From the NCBI GenBank assembly GCA_963662945.1, contig OY759974.1, forward strand, positions 480,001 to 544,000: DNA of 64,000 bases, given 5' to 3'. Positions 9,236 to 18,684 of this stretch are shown here, piece after piece. The DNA is from Arcobacteraceae bacterium (GTDB lineage: Bacteria > Campylobacterota > Campylobacteria > Campylobacterales > Arcobacteraceae). Numbering within the stretch: position 1 is the first letter of the stretch; each line of letters starts with the position of its first letter. The position numbers and the translations under genes were made by a program. Under the pieces are notes generated by a model that was not told where the DNA came from, did not search any database, and worked only from the letters and a program-made list of their open reading frames with translations.

Positions 9236-12151
9236 TTATATGAGTGCAAGAAGTTCTAAAGCCTTTTGAAAATCAAATTTTTCTGTACATTGCTTTATGT
9301 GATTAAAATTTATTTGTTCCTTTTTTGAAAGCTTATATTGATTTAGTTCCTCTAGTACCTTTTCAATATTTTTAGGTCTTTTAGAATGTAAAGTCTCTTC
9401 AAGTTTTTTACACAACTCTTTTTTCTTTTCACTTGTTAAGATCTCTTTTGGGTTCATAGATGACTCGTTTTGAAAACTCAACTGTTCTAATTCCTCAATT
9501 ACTTTATTCGTTTCTTTATAAAGTTTATCAATTAAACTTGAATCATTTTTATTTTCAACTTCTTGTATAATTTTATTAAGATTAATAGCCCCTATATTAG
9601 CGCTTAATCCCTTCATAGTATGTAAAACTCTTTTTTTCTCTTCATCTTCTAAATTATCTATAGTAAAACTTTTATAATCTTGATAAAAAGTATTTAATAC
9701 TTTCAGATATAACTCTTTATTATTGGCTAAATGTTTTAATCCATTTATTGTATCTATATATTTAAAATTCGGTAATTTTATTAGCTCTTGATTTTCTACA
9801 ATTTTATCTAGAGAAAGATATTTTCTTAATGTTGTATATAGTTTTTTTACTTCAATTGGTTTATTTAAGTGTTCTTGCATCCCTGCAGCTTTTGTTGCTT
9901 CGATATCCTCTTTCATCGCATTAGCAGTTAATGCAATAATAGGTATATTTTTATTAATCTTTTTTATATGTTTAGTTGCTTCATATCCATCCATTATTGG
10001 CATCTGAATATCCATAAGGATCAATTGATATTTATTTTTATTTTTTTGAAATATCTCTAAAGCTTCTTTCCCATTTGATGCTATATCTATTGTTATTTCG
10101 CTTTGCTCTAACAGCCCTACAACTATCTCTTGATTCATTTTATTATCTTCAACTAATAATATATGCTTTCCACTAAAAGGAATAGTTTGCACTTCTCTTT
10201 TTATAACTGTTTTATTTAAATCTTCAATATTAAAATCTTTAATAAATATATCACTTAAAATATCATTTAATAAAGAGGGATTCACAGGCTTTTGCAAAAA
10301 TAATTTTATACCAACTTCTCTTGCTAATTGGACTATTGATTCTTGTCTAAAGCTACTAACCATTATTACAGTTGGAGGCTTTTTGCCCTTATACTGTTCA
10401 TTGATAATTCTTGTTGTTTCTATACCATCAAGTTCAGGCATATTCCAATCCATAAGTATAAGATCATAATCGATATTACCTTTTTTCAGATGTTCTATCG
10501 CTTCATTTCCACTTTTTACACCATATACTTTGATATTAAACATACCCAAAATATTTTCAAGAACTTCATGCCAAGTTTCATTGTCATCTACAACTAATAC
10601 TTTTTTATCAGGAAAAATATTATATTTTTTTGTTTCATTTTTTTCTTCTAATTCAATTTCAAATATGAAAGAACTTCCAACTCCATATTCACTCTCAATC
10701 CATATTTTACCATTCATCAACTCTACAAGCTGTTTTGATATGGTTAGACCTAAACCCGTACCTCCATATTTTCTTGTAGTACTTCCATCTGCTTGTGAAA
10801 AAGACTCAAATAGTTTTGATTGTTGCTCTTGGGTTAAACCAATTCCTGTATCTTTTACCTCAAATTTATATCTGTTTCGAGATGCTTTTGAAATATATAA
10901 ACCAACTTCACCCTCTTGTGTAAATTTTACTGCATTAGCTAAAAGATTTGTAAGAATTTGTGAAAGTCGTAAATTGTCCCCATAAAACTTTTTACCTATA
11001 CTTGTATCATAACTCACAATAAGTTCAAGATTTTTTTCGTGAAGTTTAAACTCTATGATATTAACTACATTTTCTATAGTTTTAAAAAGATCAAAATCAA
11101 CCTTATCAATAGAGAGTTTTCCAGCCTCAATTTTAGAAAAATCTAATATATCATTAATAATAGAGAGAAGTGTTTTTGCACTATGATCTATCTTTTGTAT
11201 ATAATTTTTTTGTCTCTCATTAAGGTCTGTTTGCAGTGCCAGATGAGACATACCAATAATACCATTCATAGGTGTTCGTATCTCATGAGACATATTTGCT
11301 AAAAATTCTGATTTTGATTTTGTAGACTCTTCTGCTTTAACTTTAGCGATTTCAAGCTCTTTGGTTCTATTTTCAACCTTCTTTTCTAAACTTTCATTAA
11401 GATCTTTTAATTGAGAATATGAATGATTGAGTTTTTTAGTCATATTTGAAAATGTTTTTGCTAAAATTCCAACTTCACCTTTTGTAGTTATATTATCCAA
11501 TTCCTCTTTAATATTATTTTTTCCCTCTGAGACCCTTTGTGCAATATCTGTTAAAAGTATAATTGGTCGAATAAGTCTTTGAGCAAATATATAACCTAAA
11601 AATGAGAAAAATAAAGCTATAGAAAGTGCTGTAATAAGTGATGTTTTAATATTAGTGTATATTTTCTTTTCAATATCTTGCTGCGCTTTATCTACTTCAA
11701 TATTCAATTTTGTTAAAGGATAAACAATACTCAATGTACCCCATTTTTGAAATAATTGAATAGGTGTAGAGATAACAATATCGTTATTCAGCTCTTTAAT
11801 AGTAACTTTATCGACGGACATTTTGTAAATACGCCCTTCAAATATTTGAACTGTATTATCAACATTATTTAACACTATACCATCTATCTCATCTCTACTT
11901 ATTAAGTTTTTAAATATTGTGTTTATATGAGATAAATTTAATGAAGCAATATCATTTTCAATCTCTTTTTTATAATACTCTATTGTCTGATTTGCATTAA
12001 ATTTTAAATTTGATTTCATTAAAGAGATTCTTTTATCAAGTTCATTATTCATTATCTCAATTTGCTCATTAATATTTTTAACAGTAAATATTACTGTGAT
12101 TGAAATTACTATTATTAATATATTTGAAATTAATTTACTCTTTAAACTCAC
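9236..12151 (-). CDS. Hybrid sensor histidine kinase (TM-HAMP-HisKA-HATPase-REC-REC-HPt)
   Basis: [37 protein letters not shown]; two REC domains (MDWNMP, MDIQMP); HPt [13 protein letters not shown]. Confidence 0.95.
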   Translation of the reverse strand: MSLKSKLISNILIIVISITVIFTVKNINEQIEIMNNELDKRISLMKSNLKFNANQTIEYYKKEIENDIASLNLSHINTIFKNLISRDEIDGIVLNNVDNTVQIFEGRIYKMSVDKVTIKELNNDIVISTPIQLFQKWGTLSIVYPLTKLNIEVDKAQQDIEKKIYTNIKTSLITALSIALFFSFLGYIFAQRLIRPIILLTDIAQRVSEGKNNIKEELDNITTKGEVGILAKTFSNMTKKLNHSYSQLKDLNESLEKKVENRTKELEIAKVKAEESTKSKSEFLANMSHEIRTPMNGIIGMSHLALQTDLNERQKNYIQKIDHSAKTLLSIINDILDFSKIEAGKLSIDKVDFDLFKTIENVVNIIEFKLHEKNLELIVSYDTSIGKKFYGDNLRLSQILTNLLANAVKFTQEGEVGLYISKASRNRYKFEVKDTGIGLTQEQQSKLFESFSQADGSTTRKYGGTGLGLTISKQLVELMNGKIWIESEYGVGSSFIFEIELEEKNETKKYNIFPDKKVLVVDDNETWHEVLENILGMFNIKVYGVKSGNEAIEHLKKGNIDYDLILMDWNMPELDGIETTRIINEQYKGKKPPTVIMVSSFRQESIVQLAREVGIKLFLQKPVNPSLLNDILSDIFIKDFNIEDLNKTVIKREVQTIPFSGKHILLVEDNKMNQEIVVGLLEQSEITIDIASNGKEALEIFQKNKNKYQLILMDIQMPIMDGYEATKHIKKINKNIPIIALTANAMKEDIEATKAAGMQEHLNKPIEVKKLYTTLRKYLSLDKIVENQELIKLPNFKYIDTINGLKHLANNKELYLKVLNTFYQDYKSFTIDNLEDEEKKRVLHTMKGLSANIGAINLNKIIQEVENKNDSSLIDKLYKETNKVIEELEQLSFQNESSMNPKEILTSEKKKELCKKLEETLHSKRPKNIEKVLEELNQYKLSKKEQINFNHIKQCTEKFDFQKALELLALI

Positions 12152-13020
12152 TCTAATACCTTATTAACAAGAGATAATCCATTTTTATTATACTTTAAAT
12201 TTAACTTGTCTGCTATTTTCTTATTAAAAATCACATTTGTACCCATTGGCATTTGAATAGGTGTAAATTCTTTCTTTTGCTCATATTGATTTATCATTGA
12301 AGCTATTTGTCGACCTATTGTAGGATTATCTGCTGATATTATTAATGTTGCATCATATTTTAAAAATAATTCATGATATGCAAAGAGAGGCTTTTTTGCC
12401 ATTGTAACTTTTTCAAAAAGTGATAAAACTTTTTTTTCATCTTTTAATAATAATGGATCAGCAATTAAAATTAAACCATCACTCTCTTGAATTTTATCAA
12501 TATCTATCTCATTATCTTCAGTCATCTCTTCACCTATTATTTTTATACCTATTAATAAGGCATTTTGTTTGAAGTTTTCATAGAGTTCTTTTGTATAAGA
12601 GCTATAAACAATAGTTAACTTTTTAGTATCTGGAAAAAGTGATTTAATAATAGTTAAATTCATACCCGCATGAAGTTCATTGGAAACACCAAATCTATTT
12701 TTTATCAAATCTAATCTTTTATAGTTTACAATCGAACTAAAAAATAATGTTTTTTCAGGGATATACATATCTACATATTTGTATGCTTTTGTTCCTATTG
12801 CATAAACAATATCAGGATACTCATCATATAAATACTCTTTAATTTGTTTATTTGTCATTTTAGAAATATCCAAAGATTTATAATCACCTATAAAATTTTC
12901 TTTAAATGATCTCTCTACACTTGAATATTTTTCGATATTATTATTTGAGTTCAATACTAAAATCTTCTCAGCAAATAAAAAGGAGATGGTAAAAAGGGAT
13001 ATTGTAATTAAAAACTTCAT
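12148..13020 (-). CDS. ABC-type substrate-binding-like periplasmic protein (COG2984-like)
   Basis: Signal peptide; [43 protein letters not shown]. Confidence 0.75.
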   Translation of the reverse strand: MKFLITISLFTISFLFAEKILVLNSNNNIEKYSSVERSFKENFIGDYKSLDISKMTNKQIKEYLYDEYPDIVYAIGTKAYKYVDMYIPEKTLFFSSIVNYKRLDLIKNRFGVSNELHAGMNLTIIKSLFPDTKKLTIVYSSYTKELYENFKQNALLIGIKIIGEEMTEDNEIDIDKIQESDGLILIADPLLLKDEKKVLSLFEKVTMAKKPLFAYHELFLKYDATLIISADNPTIGRQIASMINQYEQKKEFTPIQMPMGTNVIFNKKIADKLNLKYNKNGLSLVNKVLE

Positions 13021-13784
13021 TTTACACCCCCTAGAATTTTATTATAGTCATTTTTTGTTAGTATAACGATATCATCAATACCTAACAAATTTAATATCTT
13101 TTTACCATATAAATCTGAATTCATAGACTTAAATAAATTAATACATTCCTTACTATATTGATTTTTTAATTTTGAAGCTATAAGCATTCTAAAATTAGGT
13201 TTTGATTCTTTATAAATAATCATTTGCTTTGCTAAAAAGCCATTTACATTTTTTAATAACTCAAAGCTATCTTTTGATACTAAAGCAAACTTGCTTAATC
13301 CAAATCCAACAGACATTAAAGCATCAATCTCTTTTGGTACATTTAAAATATTTAAATTATTATTTTCTATAAGTGTATCGATAAGTTTTCTTGAATAATC
13401 TTGAGAGTACGTTGTAGTGATGGTTCCATCAAATTGTAAACCCTTTTTACCTACAATTATTTTAGTATCTGTCATACTCTCTCTTTTTAAAGCAACGAGC
13501 TTTGCTTCTAAGTCATATTTTTTAGCAATTTGTTTATAGTGCCAGCTTGAGAGAATAACAATAATATCTTGATTTTTTAAAAACTGCTCAAAGATCTCTT
13601 TTTTGTTAAAAGGTTGAAAATCATAGTCTCCATATTGACTTAAATATTGCTCAAAAGTAACTTTTAATGACTTAAAATCATTTACATTTGCTTCTGTTGT
13701 ATAAAAATATATTTTTTTAGGCTCAGCAAAGAGAGTATTTGACAATAAGAAGATAAGGAATATTAAATATTTTATTTTAACCAT
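13017..13784 (-). CDS. Periplasmic binding protein (PhnD/phosphonate-binding-like)
   Basis: Signal peptide; overall pattern of PhnD-like proteins (FEQYLS.., KEIDALMSVGFG, GKKILNLLGID). Confidence 0.55.
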   Translation of the reverse strand: MVKIKYLIFLIFLLSNTLFAEPKKIYFYTTEANVNDFKSLKVTFEQYLSQYGDYDFQPFNKKEIFEQFLKNQDIIVILSSWHYKQIAKKYDLEAKLVALKRESMTDTKIIVGKKGLQFDGTITTTYSQDYSRKLIDTLIENNNLNILNVPKEIDALMSVGFGLSKFALVSKDSFELLKNVNGFLAKQMIIYKESKPNFRMLIASKLKNQYSKECINLFKSMNSDLYGKKILNLLGIDDIVILTKNDYNKILGGVK

Positions 13785-14998
13785 GGTTGGGTATATTTAT
13801 CCTCTCCACCTAGTGAACTATTCATTATTTCCCAATTTGCAATAAGTCCAGGGCAATTTTTAACATTTTTAGGTGCATCGATAGCTACTACATAGAGATT
13901 AATTGTTTCAACTTCAGGGTCATTAAATAATTCTTGTAATTGTGTAACATCACAAATTTTTATTTCAGGTTTTGAAGAAGCCTCTTTTTTATAAATCACT
14001 TCTGGCAAATAACAAATTGAATCAGGTCCCATTATGTATGGTTTTTCTATCTCATTACTTTGCGTATCTATAATAATATTAGCATAAATATTTTCATTTG
14101 CAGTATATGCTTTAAAAGAACTATTTTTGTAAAGATTTAATCCTTCTATTGTTAATATCCCGATATCTTCACCATGAATTGGTTTGGAATCTATTTTAGT
14201 TAATGTCCCATAAAAAATATCTTTTGTAAATCTTTTCTCTTTACTGTCATTATTCATATAACTAATGATTTTTGTTAAGCGAGTTTCAGTTGTCTTCTGT
14301 GTTTCTATAATAATTCCAATATTATAAGAATCTGTTAATGTATCTTTTACTACATACTCATTTTTAAGATTTTCTTTCTTCGTTGGATATAATGAAAAAC
14401 CACCACTATTTTTAAATGCACTTGAAGTAAACATCTCTCCAAAACACTCTTGAACATGATCTAAACTTTCAAGATTATAAGAGGAAAAATAAGGAACTTC
14501 ATTTCCACTTGCAATAAAATTTGGATAAAATTTACAGTTATAACCAGCAAAAAGTGTTAAAGGTAAAGTTGGTGTTGCTCTACCTGAGGGATCTGCATCT
14601 ATTACTTTTAAGGTTTTTCCTTTATTTTTTGCTAATTTACAAGCAATAATAGGTAAAACAGAGTTTACTGTTCCAACCTCCATAGGGAGAATATATTTAA
14701 ACTCATCAAAATCTTTCTCATTGCAGCTACACCAGTGTTCTATTATTTCAATTACATTTAATATTGACTTGTTAAGTTCTGCTGGATGAAATGAAGCACT
14801 AGGTAAACCCATTCCTGAAGTTGGTACTATCCAATCGGCATTTTCAATACTATCAAAAGATACAACTTCAACAAAGTCATCTACAGTGAAATTTGCATCG
14901 ATACAACTTTGCCCAAGTGCTAAAGGTCCCCCTCCTCCAGAGGCTAAAAAACAAGCTCCATTGAGTATATATTCAAGTTCTTTTTTACCTACTGTCAT
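13772..14998 (-). CDS. DUF917-family protein
   Basis: GACFLASGGGGP, GMGLPS, PMEVGTVNS, VIDADPSGRATPTL, ANENI, PDSIC are DUF917 hallmarks; no signal peptide. Confidence 0.82.
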   Translation of the reverse strand: MTVGKKELEYILNGACFLASGGGGPLALGQSCIDANFTVDDFVEVVSFDSIENADWIVPTSGMGLPSASFHPAELNKSILNVIEIIEHWCSCNEKDFDEFKYILPMEVGTVNSVLPIIACKLAKNKGKTLKVIDADPSGRATPTLPLTLFAGYNCKFYPNFIASGNEVPYFSSYNLESLDHVQECFGEMFTSSAFKNSGGFSLYPTKKENLKNEYVVKDTLTDSYNIGIIIETQKTTETRLTKIISYMNNDSKEKRFTKDIFYGTLTKIDSKPIHGEDIGILTIEGLNLYKNSSFKAYTANENIYANIIIDTQSNEIEKPYIMGPDSICYLPEVIYKKEASSKPEIKICDVTQLQELFNDPEVETINLYVVAIDAPKNVKNCPGLIANWEIMNSSLGGEDKYTQPWLK

Positions 14999-15014
14999 CT
15001 TTTCTCCTTATTTT

Positions 15015-16955
15015 TTAGAATGTATATTTAAGCTCAAACATAAAGTTTCTGCCATCTTTTTCATAATCATCAACAGTAAATCCAACTCGAGAGGGGTCAT
15101 ATGCTTCTTTATCAAAAAGATTATTTATGGTTGCTTTTAATTCAAGATTTTTATAGAAATTTTTTAATTGCATTGAAACATTTACCAAAGCATAACCTGC
15201 TACATCAGCTCTACTATCTCCTGATATTCTTTTCATTTTACCTCTTAGTTCAATATGATTATTAATATTTAAAAACTTATTAATTTTATAGTTGAAAAAT
15301 ATATTCCCTTTATGTTTTGCAATATCTGCCAAATCTGTATTGTTGATTTTATCTTTAGCTTTTTGATAGGTATAATTTGCCATAAGATATGATCCTCTAG
15401 TTAAATCATACTTAGTCTCAATTTCAATACCCTCAGAAGAAGTTTCACCTTGATTTATATAAATAGTTCCACTTTGAATAATTAAGTTATCAAAATCATT
15501 ATTAAAATAGGTTATTTTAGAGTTTAGATTAGCTATTGAACTATTTTCATAAGACAATTCATAAGTTTTAACCTTTTCAGGTGTCAGATTGGTGTTTCCT
15601 TGTATTACTGCTGAAGCATTATATGATTCTGCAAAAGTTGGCGTTCTAAACCCTTCTCCATAGATCGCTTTTAATATATTATTGTTATTAATTTGCCAAC
15701 TTAATCCACCTCTTGGTGCAGTATTGGAACCAAAATCACTATAATTATCATGTCTTATTCCAACTGTTAATCTTATATTATTACTTAAGTCATAAATATT
15801 ATTAGTATAGAGTGCCCACATATTTCTATTTACATTAGGAGCAAAAGTATTTGAAGTGTTAGATAAATTGACAGAGTTTACAATTGTTTCAACATCATAC
15901 TGTTTATGTTTTTCATATGTCGCACCTAAGATAGAAGTCAATTTTGTATTTACTTTATATGTTAAGAGTGATTCTATACCATTTTTTTCATTTGTAAGAG
16001 AGTTTCTCATTTTTAAATCAGCAGGCACAGTTAAAAGGTGCCAATAGTTATTAAACTTGTATTTATCAAAATATAATCTTGTAGATAGATTTAATTTTTC
16101 TGTTATTTGTTTATTATTGCCTGTTTCAATGAATAGGTAATCTAATTTTGGATCATTCTCTACTGCAATCTCTCCTAAAGGTCCAAAATGCTCCCCATCA
16201 TCTCTATTTAAATACATAGACTTCAAATAAAAATCTTTATAATCAATTTTTATATTAGCTGTTAATTGCTTTAAATATGGATTATTAGTAGCACTTTTAT
16301 TTGCTCTATCTTGTTTAATATAAACCTTATTTCCATCAGTATCTTTTACATTTATATTTGCAACTAAAGATAACTCATCAAATTGTTTACCATATAATAA
16401 ATTTATCTCTTTTGTATTATATGAACCTATTTTACTATTTACAATTACTCCATTGATATCTGCGGCATCTTTTGTAATTATATTTATCAACGCTGTAAAT
16501 GCATTTGCTCCATATAAAGCAGATGCTGGTCCTTTGACTATTTCTACTCTTTTTATATTATCTAATGAGATTTTGTCTAAGATTGGAGCAGCACCTCCAT
16601 TTAATAATAAAGCATCTATAGAATGACCATCAATCATAAATAATACTTGTTTTGAAGTAAAGTCTTTAATTCCCCTTACTTCGATTTCATTGAAAAATAT
16701 ATTCCCTTGTGTCACACTAATACCTGGAACTGTATTTAATAATTCTGATATATTTTTTACACCTGACACCTCTATCATCTCTTCATCAATAACATTCACA
16801 GAAGCAGATGTTTTTTTAATATTTTCTTTTACCCTTGAAGCAGAAACAACAAATGTTTCCTCTTCTAACCATTGCATCTCATCTTGCAAAGTTGTTTCAA
16901 AAGGATTAGCAAATAGTAGAGTAGGTAAAAATATATATAACAGTTTTTTTATCAT
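15015..16955 (-). CDS. TonB-dependent outer-membrane receptor
   Basis: Signal peptide; VVSASR, ELLNTVPGI, IKRVEIVKGPASALYGANAF..INIITK, GFRTPTF, LTPEK, NNLFDK, C-term ELKYTF. Confidence 0.93.
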   Translation of the reverse strand: MIKKLLYIFLPTLLFANPFETTLQDEMQWLEEETFVVSASRVKENIKKTSASVNVIDEEMIEVSGVKNISELLNTVPGISVTQGNIFFNEIEVRGIKDFTSKQVLFMIDGHSIDALLLNGGAAPILDKISLDNIKRVEIVKGPASALYGANAFTALINIITKDAADINGVIVNSKIGSYNTKEINLLYGKQFDELSLVANINVKDTDGNKVYIKQDRANKSATNNPYLKQLTANIKIDYKDFYLKSMYLNRDDGEHFGPLGEIAVENDPKLDYLFIETGNNKQITEKLNLSTRLYFDKYKFNNYWHLLTVPADLKMRNSLTNEKNGIESLLTYKVNTKLTSILGATYEKHKQYDVETIVNSVNLSNTSNTFAPNVNRNMWALYTNNIYDLSNNIRLTVGIRHDNYSDFGSNTAPRGGLSWQINNNNILKAIYGEGFRTPTFAESYNASAVIQGNTNLTPEKVKTYELSYENSSIANLNSKITYFNNDFDNLIIQSGTIYINQGETSSEGIEIETKYDLTRGSYLMANYTYQKAKDKINNTDLADIAKHKGNIFFNYKINKFLNINNHIELRGKMKRISGDSRADVAGYALVNVSMQLKNFYKNLELKATINNLFDKEAYDPSRVGFTVDDYEKDGRNFMFELKYTF

Positions 16956-17150
16956 AAAATTTCCAATAATAATCTTTTTCGATTTAGTATGGTATCACAA
17001 ACAAGTTTTAAAATACTAATCAAACTTTAATCCAATAACTTTAAACACTCTCTAGTTTCATTAAAATTACATTTTAAACTATACTTTTTTAGCAAATTAA
17101 ACCATAACAAATTAGCCTTATAAAGCTCATATATCCTTTAAATATACAAC

Positions 17151-17165
17151 GGAATATCTTATGCA
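17151..17165 (+). promoter_or_regulatory. Putative sigma54 (-24/-12) promoter of nifE
   Basis: GGAATATCTTATGCA = GG-N10-GC, 34 nt upstream of the nifE start. Confidence 0.72.
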
Positions 17166-17199
17166 TACTTATTATTAATACTACTAGCGGAGTACAAAG

Positions 17200-18552
17200 A
17201 TGATGGTAAACAAAAAACAAATCAGAGAACTTCTGAACGAATCAGCCTGTTCCCACAATGAGAAAAAAAAATCAAGCTGTGACAAACCAAAGCCAGGTGC
17301 TACAAGTGGTGGTTGTGCTTTTGAAGGTGCACAAATAGCCCTATTTCCTTATGCGGATGCAGCTCATTTAGTACATGCCCCAGCAACCTGTCAAGGAGCA
17401 AGTTGGGAAACAAGAGCCACGCCAACTAGTTGGGAAGGTGAAAATAATACTCCACTTGGATACTGTACCGATGTAACAACAAATGATGTTATCTTTGGTG
17501 GAGATCAAAAACTTGAAGATAGTATCAGTTATATTTGTGAAGTAAAAAAACCAAAAGCAGTATTTGTCTATGAAACTTGTGTAACAGCTATGATTGGCGA
17601 TGATATGGATAATGTTGCCAAAAGAATGGAAGAGAAATATAATATTCCAATTGTAGTAGTTCATGCACCAGGATTTGTAGGGAGTAAAAACTTAGGAAGC
17701 CGTTTAGGTGGAGAAGCTGTTTTACATCAACTAATAGGAACAAGAGAGCCAGAAGAGATACATCCATTTGGAATTAACTTAATCGGTGAATACAATGTAA
17801 CAGGCGATATGTGGCAATACACCCCTATCTTAGAAAAAATAGGGATAAAAGTTGTTTCAACTCTAGCTGGTGATGGAAGAATTGAAAATATCCAAATGGC
17901 ACATAGAGCAAAACTTAATGTAATCGTATGTGCAAAATCACTTGTAACATTAGTACGAAAAATGGAAGAGAAATACGGTATTCCACATATCTCTGTTTCT
18001 TTTTATGGTAAACGTGATACTACAAATGCCATCATGTCTATAGTCAATGCTTTTGGAGATGAAACATTGACAAAAAAAGCACTTGAAATTATAAAAGAGG
18101 AAGAGGAAGCTTTAGAACAAAGACTTCTTCCTTATAGAAAAATATTAGCTGGAAAAAAAGCTATTCTTAATACTGGTGGAAATAAATCTTGGTCAATAGC
18201 ATCAGCACTACAAGATATAGGAATCGAAGTGGTTGCTACAAGTATTAGAAAATCGACTTTAGAAGATATAGAGATTGCAAAAAAATATGTTCCAATCTTA
18301 ATGAAAGTTCCAGCAAATGAACAAGCTGCACTTATAGATGAACACAAAGTTGATATACTTCTAGCAGGTGGAAGAAGTTTATATACAGCTATCAAGAAAA
18401 AAGTGGCTTTCGTGGATGTAAATCAAGAGAAAAAAGTAAGCTATGGTGCGTATGGTGGCCTAGAAAACTTAGCTATAGATGTGTGTGCTGCCGTATTAAA
18501 TCCAGTATTTAAAACAGTAGGAGAACCAGCTCCATGGGATGAGAGCTGTTAA
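17200..18552 (+). CDS. nifE: Nitrogenase FeMo-cofactor scaffold subunit NifE
   Basis: KPGATSGGCAFEGAQIAL, AAHLVHAP..C, VYETCVTAMIGDD, PGFVGSKNLGSRLGGEA, NTGGNKSWS, FVDVNQE, PAPW. Confidence 0.95.
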   Translation: MMVNKKQIRELLNESACSHNEKKKSSCDKPKPGATSGGCAFEGAQIALFPYADAAHLVHAPATCQGASWETRATPTSWEGENNTPLGYCTDVTTNDVIFGGDQKLEDSISYICEVKKPKAVFVYETCVTAMIGDDMDNVAKRMEEKYNIPIVVVHAPGFVGSKNLGSRLGGEAVLHQLIGTREPEEIHPFGINLIGEYNVTGDMWQYTPILEKIGIKVVSTLAGDGRIENIQMAHRAKLNVIVCAKSLVTLVRKMEEKYGIPHISVSFYGKRDTTNAIMSIVNAFGDETLTKKALEIIKEEEEALEQRLLPYRKILAGKKAILNTGGNKSWSIASALQDIGIEVVATSIRKSTLEDIEIAKKYVPILMKVPANEQAALIDEHKVDILLAGGRSLYTAIKKKVAFVDVNQEKKVSYGAYGGLENLAIDVCAAVLNPVFKTVGEPAPWDESC

Positions 18553-18553
18553 G

Positions 18554-18578
18554 AAAAAGACAATAGTTTGTCTTTTTT
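18554..18578 (+). terminator. Intrinsic terminator after nifE
   Basis: AAAAAGACAA-tagt-TTGTCTTTTTT. Confidence 0.6.
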
Positions 18579-18584
18579 CTCAAA

Positions 18585-18655
18585 GAGAGTGCAAGCACAA
18601 GAAGCTCGGAACTGGAACGGTCATAACGAAGTGAAGCCGTGGAAGATAGCGAATA
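18585..18655. repeat. GC-richer REP-like intergenic element with mini-hairpins
   Basis: GTGC-AA-GCAC and ACGGT...GCCGT stems around ACGAAGT; visibly GC-richer than the flanks; single copy in this window. Confidence 0.35.
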
Positions 18656-18684
18656 ATTTATTCTTCCTATGATATACTCATTGC

